This document shows, piece by piece, positions 55,664 to 64,000 of a stretch of 64,000 nucleotides of DNA (its first letter is position 1; the number at the start of each line of letters is the position of its first letter). Made by a program: the position numbers and the translations under genes. Source of the stretch: Bacteroidales bacterium (GTDB lineage Bacteria > Bacteroidota > Bacteroidia > Bacteroidales > Bacteroidaceae); assembly GCA_029218405.1 (NCBI GenBank), contig JAQXRG010000095.1, positions 2,399 through 66,398 on the forward strand, given 5' to 3'. The notes beneath the pieces were generated by a model. The model searched no databases, was not told the origin of the DNA, and saw only the letters and a list, made by a program, of their open reading frames with translations.

Positions 55664-56761
55664 ATGAAAAGGATTAATTTGGAGGATTTGCTGCCACGGC
55701 ATCCCATTGAGACCGACCGTGAGGTGATTGCCGCCTACCTGAAAGGGAAGGTGGTGTTCATCACGGGGGCCGCCGGCAGTATAGGCAGTGAACTGACACG
55801 ACAAATTGCCGCCTTTGGTCCCAAGACCATTGTGATGATTGACTTTGCGGAAACTCCGCTCCATGACATGATGCTGGAGATGAAAAAGAAGTTTCCGAAC
55901 ATTGAGACAGTGCCTATCCTGACCAGCATCACTGACAAGCGGAACCTGGAACTGGTGTTCGGACTGTACCGGCCGGAGGTGGTGTTCCATGCGGCGGCCT
56001 ACAAGCATGTGCCGATGATGGAGTCGTTCCCTGCCAAGGCAGTACAGAACAACTGTATGGGAACCCGTATCGTCGCCGACCTGGCCGTGAAGTTCAGCGT
56101 ACAGAAGTTCGTGATGATTTCCAGCGACAAGGCGGTGAACCCGACCAACGTGATGGGATGCAGCAAGCGCATCTGCGAGATTTACTGCCAGGCGCTCGAC
56201 CGGAGTACCGGACATCATACGCAGTTCGTCACGACCCGTTTCGGCAATGTGCTGGGCAGCAACGGCAGTGTGATTCCGCTTTTTCTGGAACAGATAGAGG
56301 AAGGGGGACCGGTGACGGTGACACATCCGGAAGTGGTGCGGTATTTCATGCTGATTCCGGAGGCCTGCCAGTTGGTGTTGCAGGCCTGCACACAGGGAAA
56401 GGGAGGCGAGATTTTTGTTTTCGACATGGGACGCCAGGTGAGAATTGCGGACCTGGCCCAGCGGATGATTGACCTGAGCGGAAAGAAAGGTATCGAAATC
56501 AAGTACATCGGATTGCGCAACGGCGAGAAGTTGTACGAGGAGGTGCTGAACAAGGAAGAAACGACCTTGCCGACCAAAAACCCGAAAATCAAGATAGCGA
56601 AGGTGCGTGAGTACGAGTTCGGCGAGGTGTTGCGCAACGAGCTGGCCCTGGAGGAACTCAGCTATTCGGGTGGGGACTTCAATATCGTGCGCAAGATGAA
56701 AGAAATTGTGCCGGAATACATCAGTCAGCACTCCAAATTCCAGATATTAGACAATCAATGA
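55664..56761 (+). CDS. UDP-GlcNAc 4,6-dehydratase (CapD/PglF catalytic domain only)
   Basis: TGAAGSIGSE, HAAAYKHVP, SDKAVNP, RFGNVLGS and GEKLYEE; no N-terminal TM region. Confidence 0.9.
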   Translation: MKRINLEDLLPRHPIETDREVIAAYLKGKVVFITGAAGSIGSELTRQIAAFGPKTIVMIDFAETPLHDMMLEMKKKFPNIETVPILTSITDKRNLELVFGLYRPEVVFHAAAYKHVPMMESFPAKAVQNNCMGTRIVADLAVKFSVQKFVMISSDKAVNPTNVMGCSKRICEIYCQALDRSTGHHTQFVTTRFGNVLGSNGSVIPLFLEQIEEGGPVTVTHPEVVRYFMLIPEACQLVLQACTQGKGGEIFVFDMGRQVRIADLAQRMIDLSGKKGIEIKYIGLRNGEKLYEEVLNKEETTLPTKNPKIKIAKVREYEFGEVLRNELALEELSYSGGDFNIVRKMKEIVPEYISQHSKFQILDNQ

Positions 56762-58458
56762 TGTACAGCAAACGTGCGGGAAGGTATGCGCTGGTCGTGT
56801 TGAGTGGACTGCTCGGCTGTGTGGCAGTCGGGGCGCAGGAGCGCGACTCGGTGTATTTCCAGTTTTTCGCAGGTATCAACAAGTCCGCCAACGAGCATTT
56901 GCCCTGGAGCGAATTCTCCACCTATCCGTGGTCGTTCGGAGGTTTTGTGGGAGTCGGAAAAGAATGGACTCCCTTGTGGGGGGGCCGTCTGACGTTTGGC
57001 TACAACCACAACAAGAGCCGGAACGTGCCGGCGTGTGAATCGAAAGCGACGTGGGGATGGGACGATGTGGAACTGTTCGCCGACGCGACGTTCGACCTGA
57101 CGGATGCGTTCCGTAGTAAAAAACAGGGGGAAGCCGCTGACCCGTCTTCTTTCAATCTGAAGGCATTCGCCGGCGTGGGCAGTTTGGCCACGTTCAGTTA
57201 TCCAAAGGATTTTCCGTTATCTTACACAGATCCTTATTCTGCTGACAACAAGGTGTGTCTCGGGGTCCGGGCAGGTCTGACCGCACGGTGGCGGCTGTCG
57301 GACTATTGGCATTGGGGCATGGAATTATCGCACACGATGGTGCAGGACAAGTTCAATGGGGTGGTGGACAAGAAGGCCCCCTTTGACGGACGCACCAACC
57401 TGAGTGTCGGGCTGACCTACTTGCTGTTCCGTCCGAAACGGAAGCCGAAAGGCCCCATTGTCTATGCAAACCGCCTGAAGGTCATCCCTCGTTTGCCCTT
57501 GCGGCTGCCCGAGCCGGAAACGGTGAAGAAACGGCAGATTGTGGGAAGGGCGTTCCTCGATTTCCCGGTCAACGAGACCATTATTTATCCGTCCTACCGG
57601 AAGAACCCGGAGGAACTGGCCAGCATACGGGCTTCGATGGACAGTGCCCTGTTCGACAAGAGCATCCGCATCACTTCCATTTCCTTGCACGGATACGCCT
57701 CTCCGGAGAGTCCGTATTCCAACAACACCCGTTTGGCGAAAGGACGCACGGCGGCGTTGGCGGACTATCTGCGGGAAAACTATGAACTGCCCGACACGGT
57801 GTTCCAGACGGATTTTACGCCCGAGGACTGGGACAACCTGCGGGCCTTCGTGGCGGCCGGCAACCGTCGGAAGGTCAAGGGAGACGGGTGGTATGACAAT
57901 CCGGCCTTCACAGAAACGCCGGAAATACCGAAGGAGGTGCGTGACCACCGTGACGAGCTGCTGGCGGTGATGGATTCGGACCTGGAGCCCGATGCCAAGG
58001 AGGAGAAACTCAAGCGGGTAGGGGGCGGAGCGCCCTACCGCTGGCTGCACCGCCATGTCTATCCCGGACTGCGCCATACGGACTACATCATTGAATATGT
58101 GGTGAAGGAATATCCGGTGCGCGATGCGAAACGGTTGATATACACGCATCCGGAAGCGTTGAGCGTCGAGGAGTTCTACCGCGTCGCACAGTCTTATGAG
58201 GTGGGCTCCGATGGGTATTACGAGGCCTTGACCATCGCGGCCGACCGTTATCCTGACGACCCGACCGCCAACCTGAACGCGGCGTGTGCCTGTGTGCAGG
58301 TACGGAGGCTGAAGGACGCGGAGGCGTACCTGGAAAAGGCAGGCGAGTCGAAGGAGGTGGAGTATGTCCGTAGCGTCATCCGGGCCATGCAAGGCAAGGG
58401 CTCCTGGCGGATGGAGCACGGGAAAGTTGTGGAATCGTATGAAAAGCAAGAACCATGA
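56758..58458 (+). CDS. Outer-membrane protein: N-terminal beta-barrel, OmpA-like domain and TPR (C-terminal half as in DUF3868 proteins)
   Basis: Signal peptide; alternating strands ending LSVGLTY; FLDFPVN, GYASPE, LAKGR, EDW and ANLNAA. Confidence 0.7.
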   Translation: MMYSKRAGRYALVVLSGLLGCVAVGAQERDSVYFQFFAGINKSANEHLPWSEFSTYPWSFGGFVGVGKEWTPLWGGRLTFGYNHNKSRNVPACESKATWGWDDVELFADATFDLTDAFRSKKQGEAADPSSFNLKAFAGVGSLATFSYPKDFPLSYTDPYSADNKVCLGVRAGLTARWRLSDYWHWGMELSHTMVQDKFNGVVDKKAPFDGRTNLSVGLTYLLFRPKRKPKGPIVYANRLKVIPRLPLRLPEPETVKKRQIVGRAFLDFPVNETIIYPSYRKNPEELASIRASMDSALFDKSIRITSISLHGYASPESPYSNNTRLAKGRTAALADYLRENYELPDTVFQTDFTPEDWDNLRAFVAAGNRRKVKGDGWYDNPAFTETPEIPKEVRDHRDELLAVMDSDLEPDAKEEKLKRVGGGAPYRWLHRHVYPGLRHTDYIIEYVVKEYPVRDAKRLIYTHPEALSVEEFYRVAQSYEVGSDGYYEALTIAADRYPDDPTANLNAACACVQVRRLKDAEAYLEKAGESKEVEYVRSVIRAMQGKGSWRMEHGKVVESYEKQEP

Positions 58459-60311
58459 GACGATGGATAGTTGGAATGCTGGGTCTCTGTCTGCTCGGGG
58501 CGTGCAACGACGACCCCGAAGTGTCGGAGTACCAGCGGGTGAAGGAGGAATTTGAGCATCAGATGGGTGGGCAGATAGACCCCTCCCAGTACTGGAAGAC
58601 GGCGGTGAAGCTACGGGTGCGTGTGACCACTACTCAGCCTACGGACATCGTGGCCTATTGTGGCACGCAGCAAAACTTGGTGTACGACCGGAAGGAGGTG
58701 GGCAAGAACGGTACGGTGCTCATGACTGTTCCGCAGGGGTACGGCGCACAAGTGCTGCTGGTGGGCAACAACGGGAAGCGGAGGGTGTTGAAGAACGTGG
58801 CGCTGACCGGTGTCCAGGTGCAGGACGTGGAGTTGGTGATGCCCGATTCGGACCTGCAGTATGAACTGCCTTCGGCGGCGCTCAGGGCCGAGATTCCCGC
58901 TTCGCTGAACGGGACGGACATCACTCCCAACCATGGGTATGCGGTACTGAATCCGCGCGTGATGCTGCCGGCCATCGAGGAAATCGATGAGGGCAAGAAC
59001 GCGGCAACCAGCGGGGCGGAGATCAACTACGAGCTGATATCGAACGGTCCGTTCGACGTGACCATGTTCTATGGGTTTACGGGCTGTTACCAGTCGCGCA
59101 TCCTGGGGTACTATTATCACTCGCCGGGCACCTACGCGGACATGAAGTTTGTGGACCTGGTGGAGACCCATCTGTATGACTACATCGACGGAAAGTCGAA
59201 GGTACAGTATCAGTTGGACGGGAATACCGATAAGTGGTACGATACCAATTACGACTACCGCGATGGGTTCGAGCCGCCATGGACCAGTGTGACCGCTCGC
59301 CTGGGCGATGATATCTATAACCTGGAGTGGGTCATCCGGAAGTATGGGAAGGACCGGATTACGGGCTTGCGCGGCTTGGCCTATACCATTGACGTGCCGA
59401 AAGACTACCGCATCGGGTTCTACCTGAAGTCGGAGGGACGCATGAACGAGACCCAACGGGCTTCCATTGTCAGCAAGGGCATTCCGGCAGGGGTATTGCC
59501 CGTCCCGTTTTATGAGACCAACTTTTCGGCCATGGCGCTGAACAAGGATGGTCTTCACCGCAGTTTCCTTTTGAAGACCAAAGAGTACTCCATCATGGGT
59601 ATGGAGGACGCGCCTGCTTCCATTGACTACGACTGTAACGACGTGATATTCGGACTGGAGGCCGGAGTGGAAAGCGAGCTGCCGACCATCACGGTGCCGG
59701 ACATCGACTTCATCAACCGTGACGACTTAGTGCTCCTGCCGTGGACCATCGCTTTCGAGGACGTGGCACGGAAGGCGGATTTCGACTTCAATGAGGTGGT
59801 CATCCGTGTCGTACCGGACTATACGGAAGAGCGGGCCTGCGTCACCCTGCTGGCGGCGGGCAGCGACAGTAATACAAAGATGTACCTGCACTACAACGGT
59901 CCCGATGGGGATGAGAACCTGGGCGAGGTGCACGCGCTGCTGGGCGGTGGCGACTACATCAATACCACATCGGCCGTGGCGTTAGAGTCGGGGGTGGAAC
60001 TCGACTGTGTGGCATGGCCCAAGTCCTACACCATGGGCACTGACGCCAATCGTTTTTATGTGGAGGTGGTACGGGGCTCCTGTGAGGATTGCAGCGACCT
60101 GCTGGCCTTCTCCGACGACCCGGGCGTGCTGCCCCAGGCTATTTGTGTGGCCGGCGAATGGGAGTGGCCGAAGGAAGGAGTGCACATCTCGACGGCGTAC
60201 TCCCACTTCCCGCGCTGGGCGAAAGACATCGCCCAGCAGAAGTACTGGGGGTGGCACACTTCGCCGCAGGAGGACACCACCGTATCTTATACAGAAAGTG
60301 GACTTGAATAA
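58455..60311 (+). CDS. LruC/DUF4842-domain lipoprotein
   Basis: Lipobox LGAC; MED...DYDCNDVIF, AFED...DFDFNEVV, EVH, WEWPKE and FPRW. Confidence 0.75.
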   Translation: MRRWIVGMLGLCLLGACNDDPEVSEYQRVKEEFEHQMGGQIDPSQYWKTAVKLRVRVTTTQPTDIVAYCGTQQNLVYDRKEVGKNGTVLMTVPQGYGAQVLLVGNNGKRRVLKNVALTGVQVQDVELVMPDSDLQYELPSAALRAEIPASLNGTDITPNHGYAVLNPRVMLPAIEEIDEGKNAATSGAEINYELISNGPFDVTMFYGFTGCYQSRILGYYYHSPGTYADMKFVDLVETHLYDYIDGKSKVQYQLDGNTDKWYDTNYDYRDGFEPPWTSVTARLGDDIYNLEWVIRKYGKDRITGLRGLAYTIDVPKDYRIGFYLKSEGRMNETQRASIVSKGIPAGVLPVPFYETNFSAMALNKDGLHRSFLLKTKEYSIMGMEDAPASIDYDCNDVIFGLEAGVESELPTITVPDIDFINRDDLVLLPWTIAFEDVARKADFDFNEVVIRVVPDYTEERACVTLLAAGSDSNTKMYLHYNGPDGDENLGEVHALLGGGDYINTTSAVALESGVELDCVAWPKSYTMGTDANRFYVEVVRGSCEDCSDLLAFSDDPGVLPQAICVAGEWEWPKEGVHISTAYSHFPRWAKDIAQQKYWGWHTSPQEDTTVSYTESGLE

Positions 60312-60326
60312 CAAAAACATACAACT

Positions 60327-62102
60327 ATGAAAGAATTTTTGAAGTTTACCTTGGCATCCATCGTAGGATGGTTCGTGGCCGGCATCGCCTTCCTGTTGGT
60401 GGGCATCCTGGCGTTGGCAGGACTGATGGCGTCCGCCTCATCGGAAAGTGAGACGGTCGTGAAGGACAATTCGGTGTACCTGCTCCGCCTCTCGGGTACA
60501 GTGGTGGAGCGCTACGCTTCCAGCCCTTTCGATAAATACATGGGGGCCGTGCAGTCGCCGCTCAGCCTGACGGACATGCTGGCTTCCATCCGGAAGGCGA
60601 AAGACAACGATAAGATAAAAGGAATCTACTTAGAGGCGGGATCGCTGTCCTGCGCTCCCGCCACGATGCAGGCGATTCGTCGGGCATTGGCCGATTTCAA
60701 GGAAAGCGGAAAATTTATCATCGCCTACAGCGACGGTTACCAGCAGAACACGTACTACATCGCCAGTCTGGCAGACCGGTTGGTGGTCAACCCCAAGGGG
60801 AGCATCGCCTGGCACGGCCTCAGTCAGCAGACCATGTTCCTGAAGGGATTGCTGGAAAAGATGGGCGTGGAGATGCAGGTCTTCCGGGTCGGCACGTACA
60901 AGGCGGCGGTGGAGCCCTTCATCGCCACCGAGATGAGTGAGGCCAACCGGAAACAGATTCAGGCGTACCTGGACGACATCTGGTCGCAGATGGTCGGCGA
61001 TGTGGCTGCCGCCCGTTCGCTGACGGCCGGACAGCTGGACGAACTGGCCGACGAGCATATGGACCTGCAGCCGGCGGAGACGTATGTCCGTCAAGGCCTG
61101 GCCGACACGTTGCTCTATAAAGACCAGGTGGTGGACCTGTTGGTGGAGCAGATGGGCGTAGAGGAGGAAGATGACCTCGAGCTCCTGACCACCCAGGACA
61201 TGATGGGCATCCAACGGAATGTCCCGAAGGACATGAGCGGCAACATTGTCGCGGTGTATTACGCCTTCGGAGAGATTGATAACGGTGTTGATGACTCTTA
61301 CGAGCAGGAGGGCATCCATGCCAAGACGGTCATTGCCGACTTGCGCCGTTTGCGGAAGGATGATGACGTGAAGGCGGTGGTGCTCCGGGTGAACTCGCCG
61401 GGAGGCAGTGCCTATGCTTCCGAGCAGATCTGGCGGGAAGTGTCGTTGCTGAAAGCTCAAAAGCCGGTGGTGGTTTCCATGGGCGACTATGCGGCTTCGG
61501 GCGGTTATTATATCTCCTGTCCGGCCGACTGGATTGTGGCCGAACCGACCACGCTGACCGGTTCCATCGGTATCTTCGGGATGGTGCCCAACGCGTCACA
61601 GTTGCTGAACAAGGAACTGGGGCTGCGTTTCGAGACGGTCAAGACCAACCGGCTGGCCGACCTTGGCGACCTGAGCCGTCCGTGGACCCCAGAGGAGAAA
61701 GCCTTGATGCAGCGGTCGGTGGACCAAGGCTACGAGTTGTTTACGCTTCGTTGCGCCGAAGGACGAGGCCTGTCGCAGGACTCCATCAAGCGGATAGCGG
61801 AAGGAAGAGTATGGTCGGGTCTTCAGGCCCAGCAGCTGCACCTGGTGGACGAGCTGGGCGGTATGGACCGGGCGATAGCGGAAGCGGTCGAGCGGGCCGG
61901 AGTGGACCGCTACTCGTTGGTCAGCTATCCGTCGAGCCGGAGCTTGCTCGACCGCTTGGCGGATGTAGGAATGGAGCGTTACATTGAGGCACGTCTTCGC
62001 ACCTCGTTCGACGGATATTTCCAGAGCGTCTCGTGGTTGCGGAGGCTGAAGGAGGCCGACCGCCTGCAGGCACGTCTGCCTTTTGAAGGAGTGATAGAGT
62101 AA
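60327..62102 (+). CDS. sppA: Signal peptide peptidase SppA (67 kDa type)
   Basis: YKAAVEP, RVNSPGGS, AASGGYY, TGSIG and AEGRVW. Confidence 0.95.
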   Translation: MKEFLKFTLASIVGWFVAGIAFLLVGILALAGLMASASSESETVVKDNSVYLLRLSGTVVERYASSPFDKYMGAVQSPLSLTDMLASIRKAKDNDKIKGIYLEAGSLSCAPATMQAIRRALADFKESGKFIIAYSDGYQQNTYYIASLADRLVVNPKGSIAWHGLSQQTMFLKGLLEKMGVEMQVFRVGTYKAAVEPFIATEMSEANRKQIQAYLDDIWSQMVGDVAAARSLTAGQLDELADEHMDLQPAETYVRQGLADTLLYKDQVVDLLVEQMGVEEEDDLELLTTQDMMGIQRNVPKDMSGNIVAVYYAFGEIDNGVDDSYEQEGIHAKTVIADLRRLRKDDDVKAVVLRVNSPGGSAYASEQIWREVSLLKAQKPVVVSMGDYAASGGYYISCPADWIVAEPTTLTGSIGIFGMVPNASQLLNKELGLRFETVKTNRLADLGDLSRPWTPEEKALMQRSVDQGYELFTLRCAEGRGLSQDSIKRIAEGRVWSGLQAQQLHLVDELGGMDRAIAEAVERAGVDRYSLVSYPSSRSLLDRLADVGMERYIEARLRTSFDGYFQSVSWLRRLKEADRLQARLPFEGVIE

Positions 62103-62116
62103 GTTTGGGCAGGGTC

Positions 62117-63208
62117 ATGGAAGCTTCTTCTGTGCGCATTTTCCGTAGTCTTTATCCGCTTTCCTTCCTGTATGGGTGCGGCGTAAGGGTCCGCAACTGG
62201 CTGTTCGACCAAGGGCTGTTGCCATCGCGGCGGTTTCCGCTGCCGGTCATCAGCGTGGGCAACCTGGCAGTGGGGGGCACCGGCAAGACCCCCCATACCG
62301 AGTACCTCATCCGCCTGTTGCGGAACGACTGGCAGGTGGCCGTCCTGAGCCGGGGGTATCGTCGGAAATCGAAAGGCTTTGTGCTGGCTTCTGCTTCTGC
62401 GACAGCCGCCGACATCGGAGACGAGCCGTACCAGATGGCGCACAAGTTCCCCGACATTTATGTGGCGGTGGACAGCGACCGTTGCGAGGGCATTGACCGG
62501 CTCACGGACAGTCGGACGGCCCCCGGTGTGGAAGTGATTCTCCTCGATGATGCCTTCCAGCACCGGTATGTACGCCCCGGTCTCAGCCTGTTGCTGACGG
62601 ATTACCATCGCCCGTTCTTCCAGGACGCCTTGCTGCCGGCAGGACGCCTGCGCGAACCCGTGGCTGGCAGACGGCGGGCGGAGGTGATGGTGGTCACCAA
62701 GTGCCCTCCCGGACTGGGCGAGGACGATCGGCAGCGCTACTTGCAGGCCTTGGCCCCGTATCCCGGCCAGCAGGTGTTCTTCACGACCTTGGTCTATGGT
62801 GCCTTGCAGCCCCTGTTTGCTCACCGTCCGGAGCGGCGGCTCGACACGTTGGGGGCCGAAGACCATGTCTTGCTGCTCACCGGCATAGCCGCGCCTGCCC
62901 CCCTGCAGCGGGAGGTGGCCCGTTACACCCCTCACGTGGTGTCTGTCTCCTTTGCCGACCATCACGACTTCTCCGCCTCCGACCTCCGGCGGGTGGAAGA
63001 GGCGTTCCACCGGTTGCCCGAGGACCGACGGATAGTGGTCACCACAGAGAAGGACGCTTCGCGGCTGTTGGGACATGCGGAGCTTTCGGAAGCCCTGAAG
63101 GAGCGGCTGTACGTGCTGCCGGTCGAGGTGGACTTCCTGTTTCACGAGAAAGAACGTTTTAACCAATATATCACTGCGTATGTTAGAGAGAATACAAGAA
63201 GCCGCTGA
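62117..63208 (+). CDS. lpxK: Tetraacyldisaccharide 4'-kinase
   Basis: GNLAVGGTGKTP, SRGY, GDEP, DDAFQH, GRLRE, DHH and TEKD. Confidence 0.95.
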   Translation: MEASSVRIFRSLYPLSFLYGCGVRVRNWLFDQGLLPSRRFPLPVISVGNLAVGGTGKTPHTEYLIRLLRNDWQVAVLSRGYRRKSKGFVLASASATAADIGDEPYQMAHKFPDIYVAVDSDRCEGIDRLTDSRTAPGVEVILLDDAFQHRYVRPGLSLLLTDYHRPFFQDALLPAGRLREPVAGRRRAEVMVVTKCPPGLGEDDRQRYLQALAPYPGQQVFFTTLVYGALQPLFAHRPERRLDTLGAEDHVLLLTGIAAPAPLQREVARYTPHVVSVSFADHHDFSASDLRRVEEAFHRLPEDRRIVVTTEKDASRLLGHAELSEALKERLYVLPVEVDFLFHEKERFNQYITAYVRENTRSR

Positions 63209-63992
63209 CTTCCTGCGGGCACGGATGCACGTGTGTCCTCAGTCCGCCATCATCTTGGGGACGGGACTGGGAAGTCTGGTGCAAGACATGACAGACCGGC
63301 AGGAAATCAACTATGCGGACATCCCCCATTTTCCCGTATCGACGGTAGAAGGCCATAGCGGGAAACTGATCGTCGGCCGGCTGGGCGGCAAGGACATCCT
63401 TGCCATGCAGGGACGTTTTCATTATTACGAAGGCTACAGCATGAAGGAAGTGACGTTCCCTGTCCGGGTGATGCGCGAGCTGGGCGTACGGATTCTTTTC
63501 GTATCGAATGCGGCGGGAGGAACGAACCCCACCTTCCAGGTGGGCGACCTGATGCTGATTACCGACCACATCAACCTCTTTCCCGAGCATCCCTTGCGGG
63601 GCAAGAACCTGGACTACGGCCCCCGCTTCCCCGACATGAGCGAGGCCTATTCGAAAGAGCTCATCGCCGCCGCGCGGCAAGTGGCCGCCGAGCAAGGCAT
63701 TCCCGTGCGGCAGGGCGTGTACCTCGGCTCGCAAGGCCCTACCTTTGAGACTCCGGCCGAATACAGGATGTTCCATCTCCTCGGGGCCGATGCCGTCGGC
63801 ATGTCCACGGTTCCCGAGGTGATTGTGGCGCGCCATTGCGGGATGCGGGTCTTTGGCGTGTCGGTCATCACCAATGTGGCCACCGCCGCTGAGGCACCGG
63901 TCGAGGCGTCCCATACGGAGGTGCAGCTGGCGGCGGATGCGGCCCAGCCCCGCATGACAACATTAATGAAAGAACTTATCAACAGAATTTGA
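63180..63992 (+). CDS. punA: Purine nucleoside phosphorylase (trimeric PunA/XapA type)
   Basis: ILGTGLG, STVEGH, GRFHYYEG, GPTFETPAE and GMSTVPE. Confidence 0.93.
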   Translation: MLERIQEAADFLRARMHVCPQSAIILGTGLGSLVQDMTDRQEINYADIPHFPVSTVEGHSGKLIVGRLGGKDILAMQGRFHYYEGYSMKEVTFPVRVMRELGVRILFVSNAAGGTNPTFQVGDLMLITDHINLFPEHPLRGKNLDYGPRFPDMSEAYSKELIAAARQVAAEQGIPVRQGVYLGSQGPTFETPAEYRMFHLLGADAVGMSTVPEVIVARHCGMRVFGVSVITNVATAAEAPVEASHTEVQLAADAAQPRMTTLMKELINRI

Positions 63993-64000
63993 ACGATATG

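Overview
Chromosomal window from a relatively GC-rich Bacteroidales (Bacteroidaceae/Prevotellaceae-like) genome, inferred from TAnnTTTG/TTTG promoters, a UpxY-led polysaccharide locus and typical gene order. Most of it is housekeeping: aroB, cls, rsmD, cysK, fabG, recQ/recJ, peptidases, a Na+-pumping decarboxylase, crcB, sppA, lpxK, PNP, tRNA-Pro and two tandem initiator tRNA-Met. A ~20 kb capsular/exopolysaccharide locus spans 36.7-56.8 kb. The most unusual structure is at 1-1800. Three copies of a direct repeat (identical 32-bp core, imperfect hairpin, GGGACAGGTTCC motif) separate single, co-oriented, apparently promoterless accessory genes (Fic-wHTH and a macrodomain-like protein) stacked onto the 3' end of a fabK-like gene. 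A perfect 56-bp nested palindrome sits in the Fic leader. This looks like an integron-like cassette array with no recombinase in view, and it probably continues past the left edge. A related motif sits next to an orphan DUF3791 gene at 20.5 kb. All family calls come from motif recognition by eye; no searches were run.
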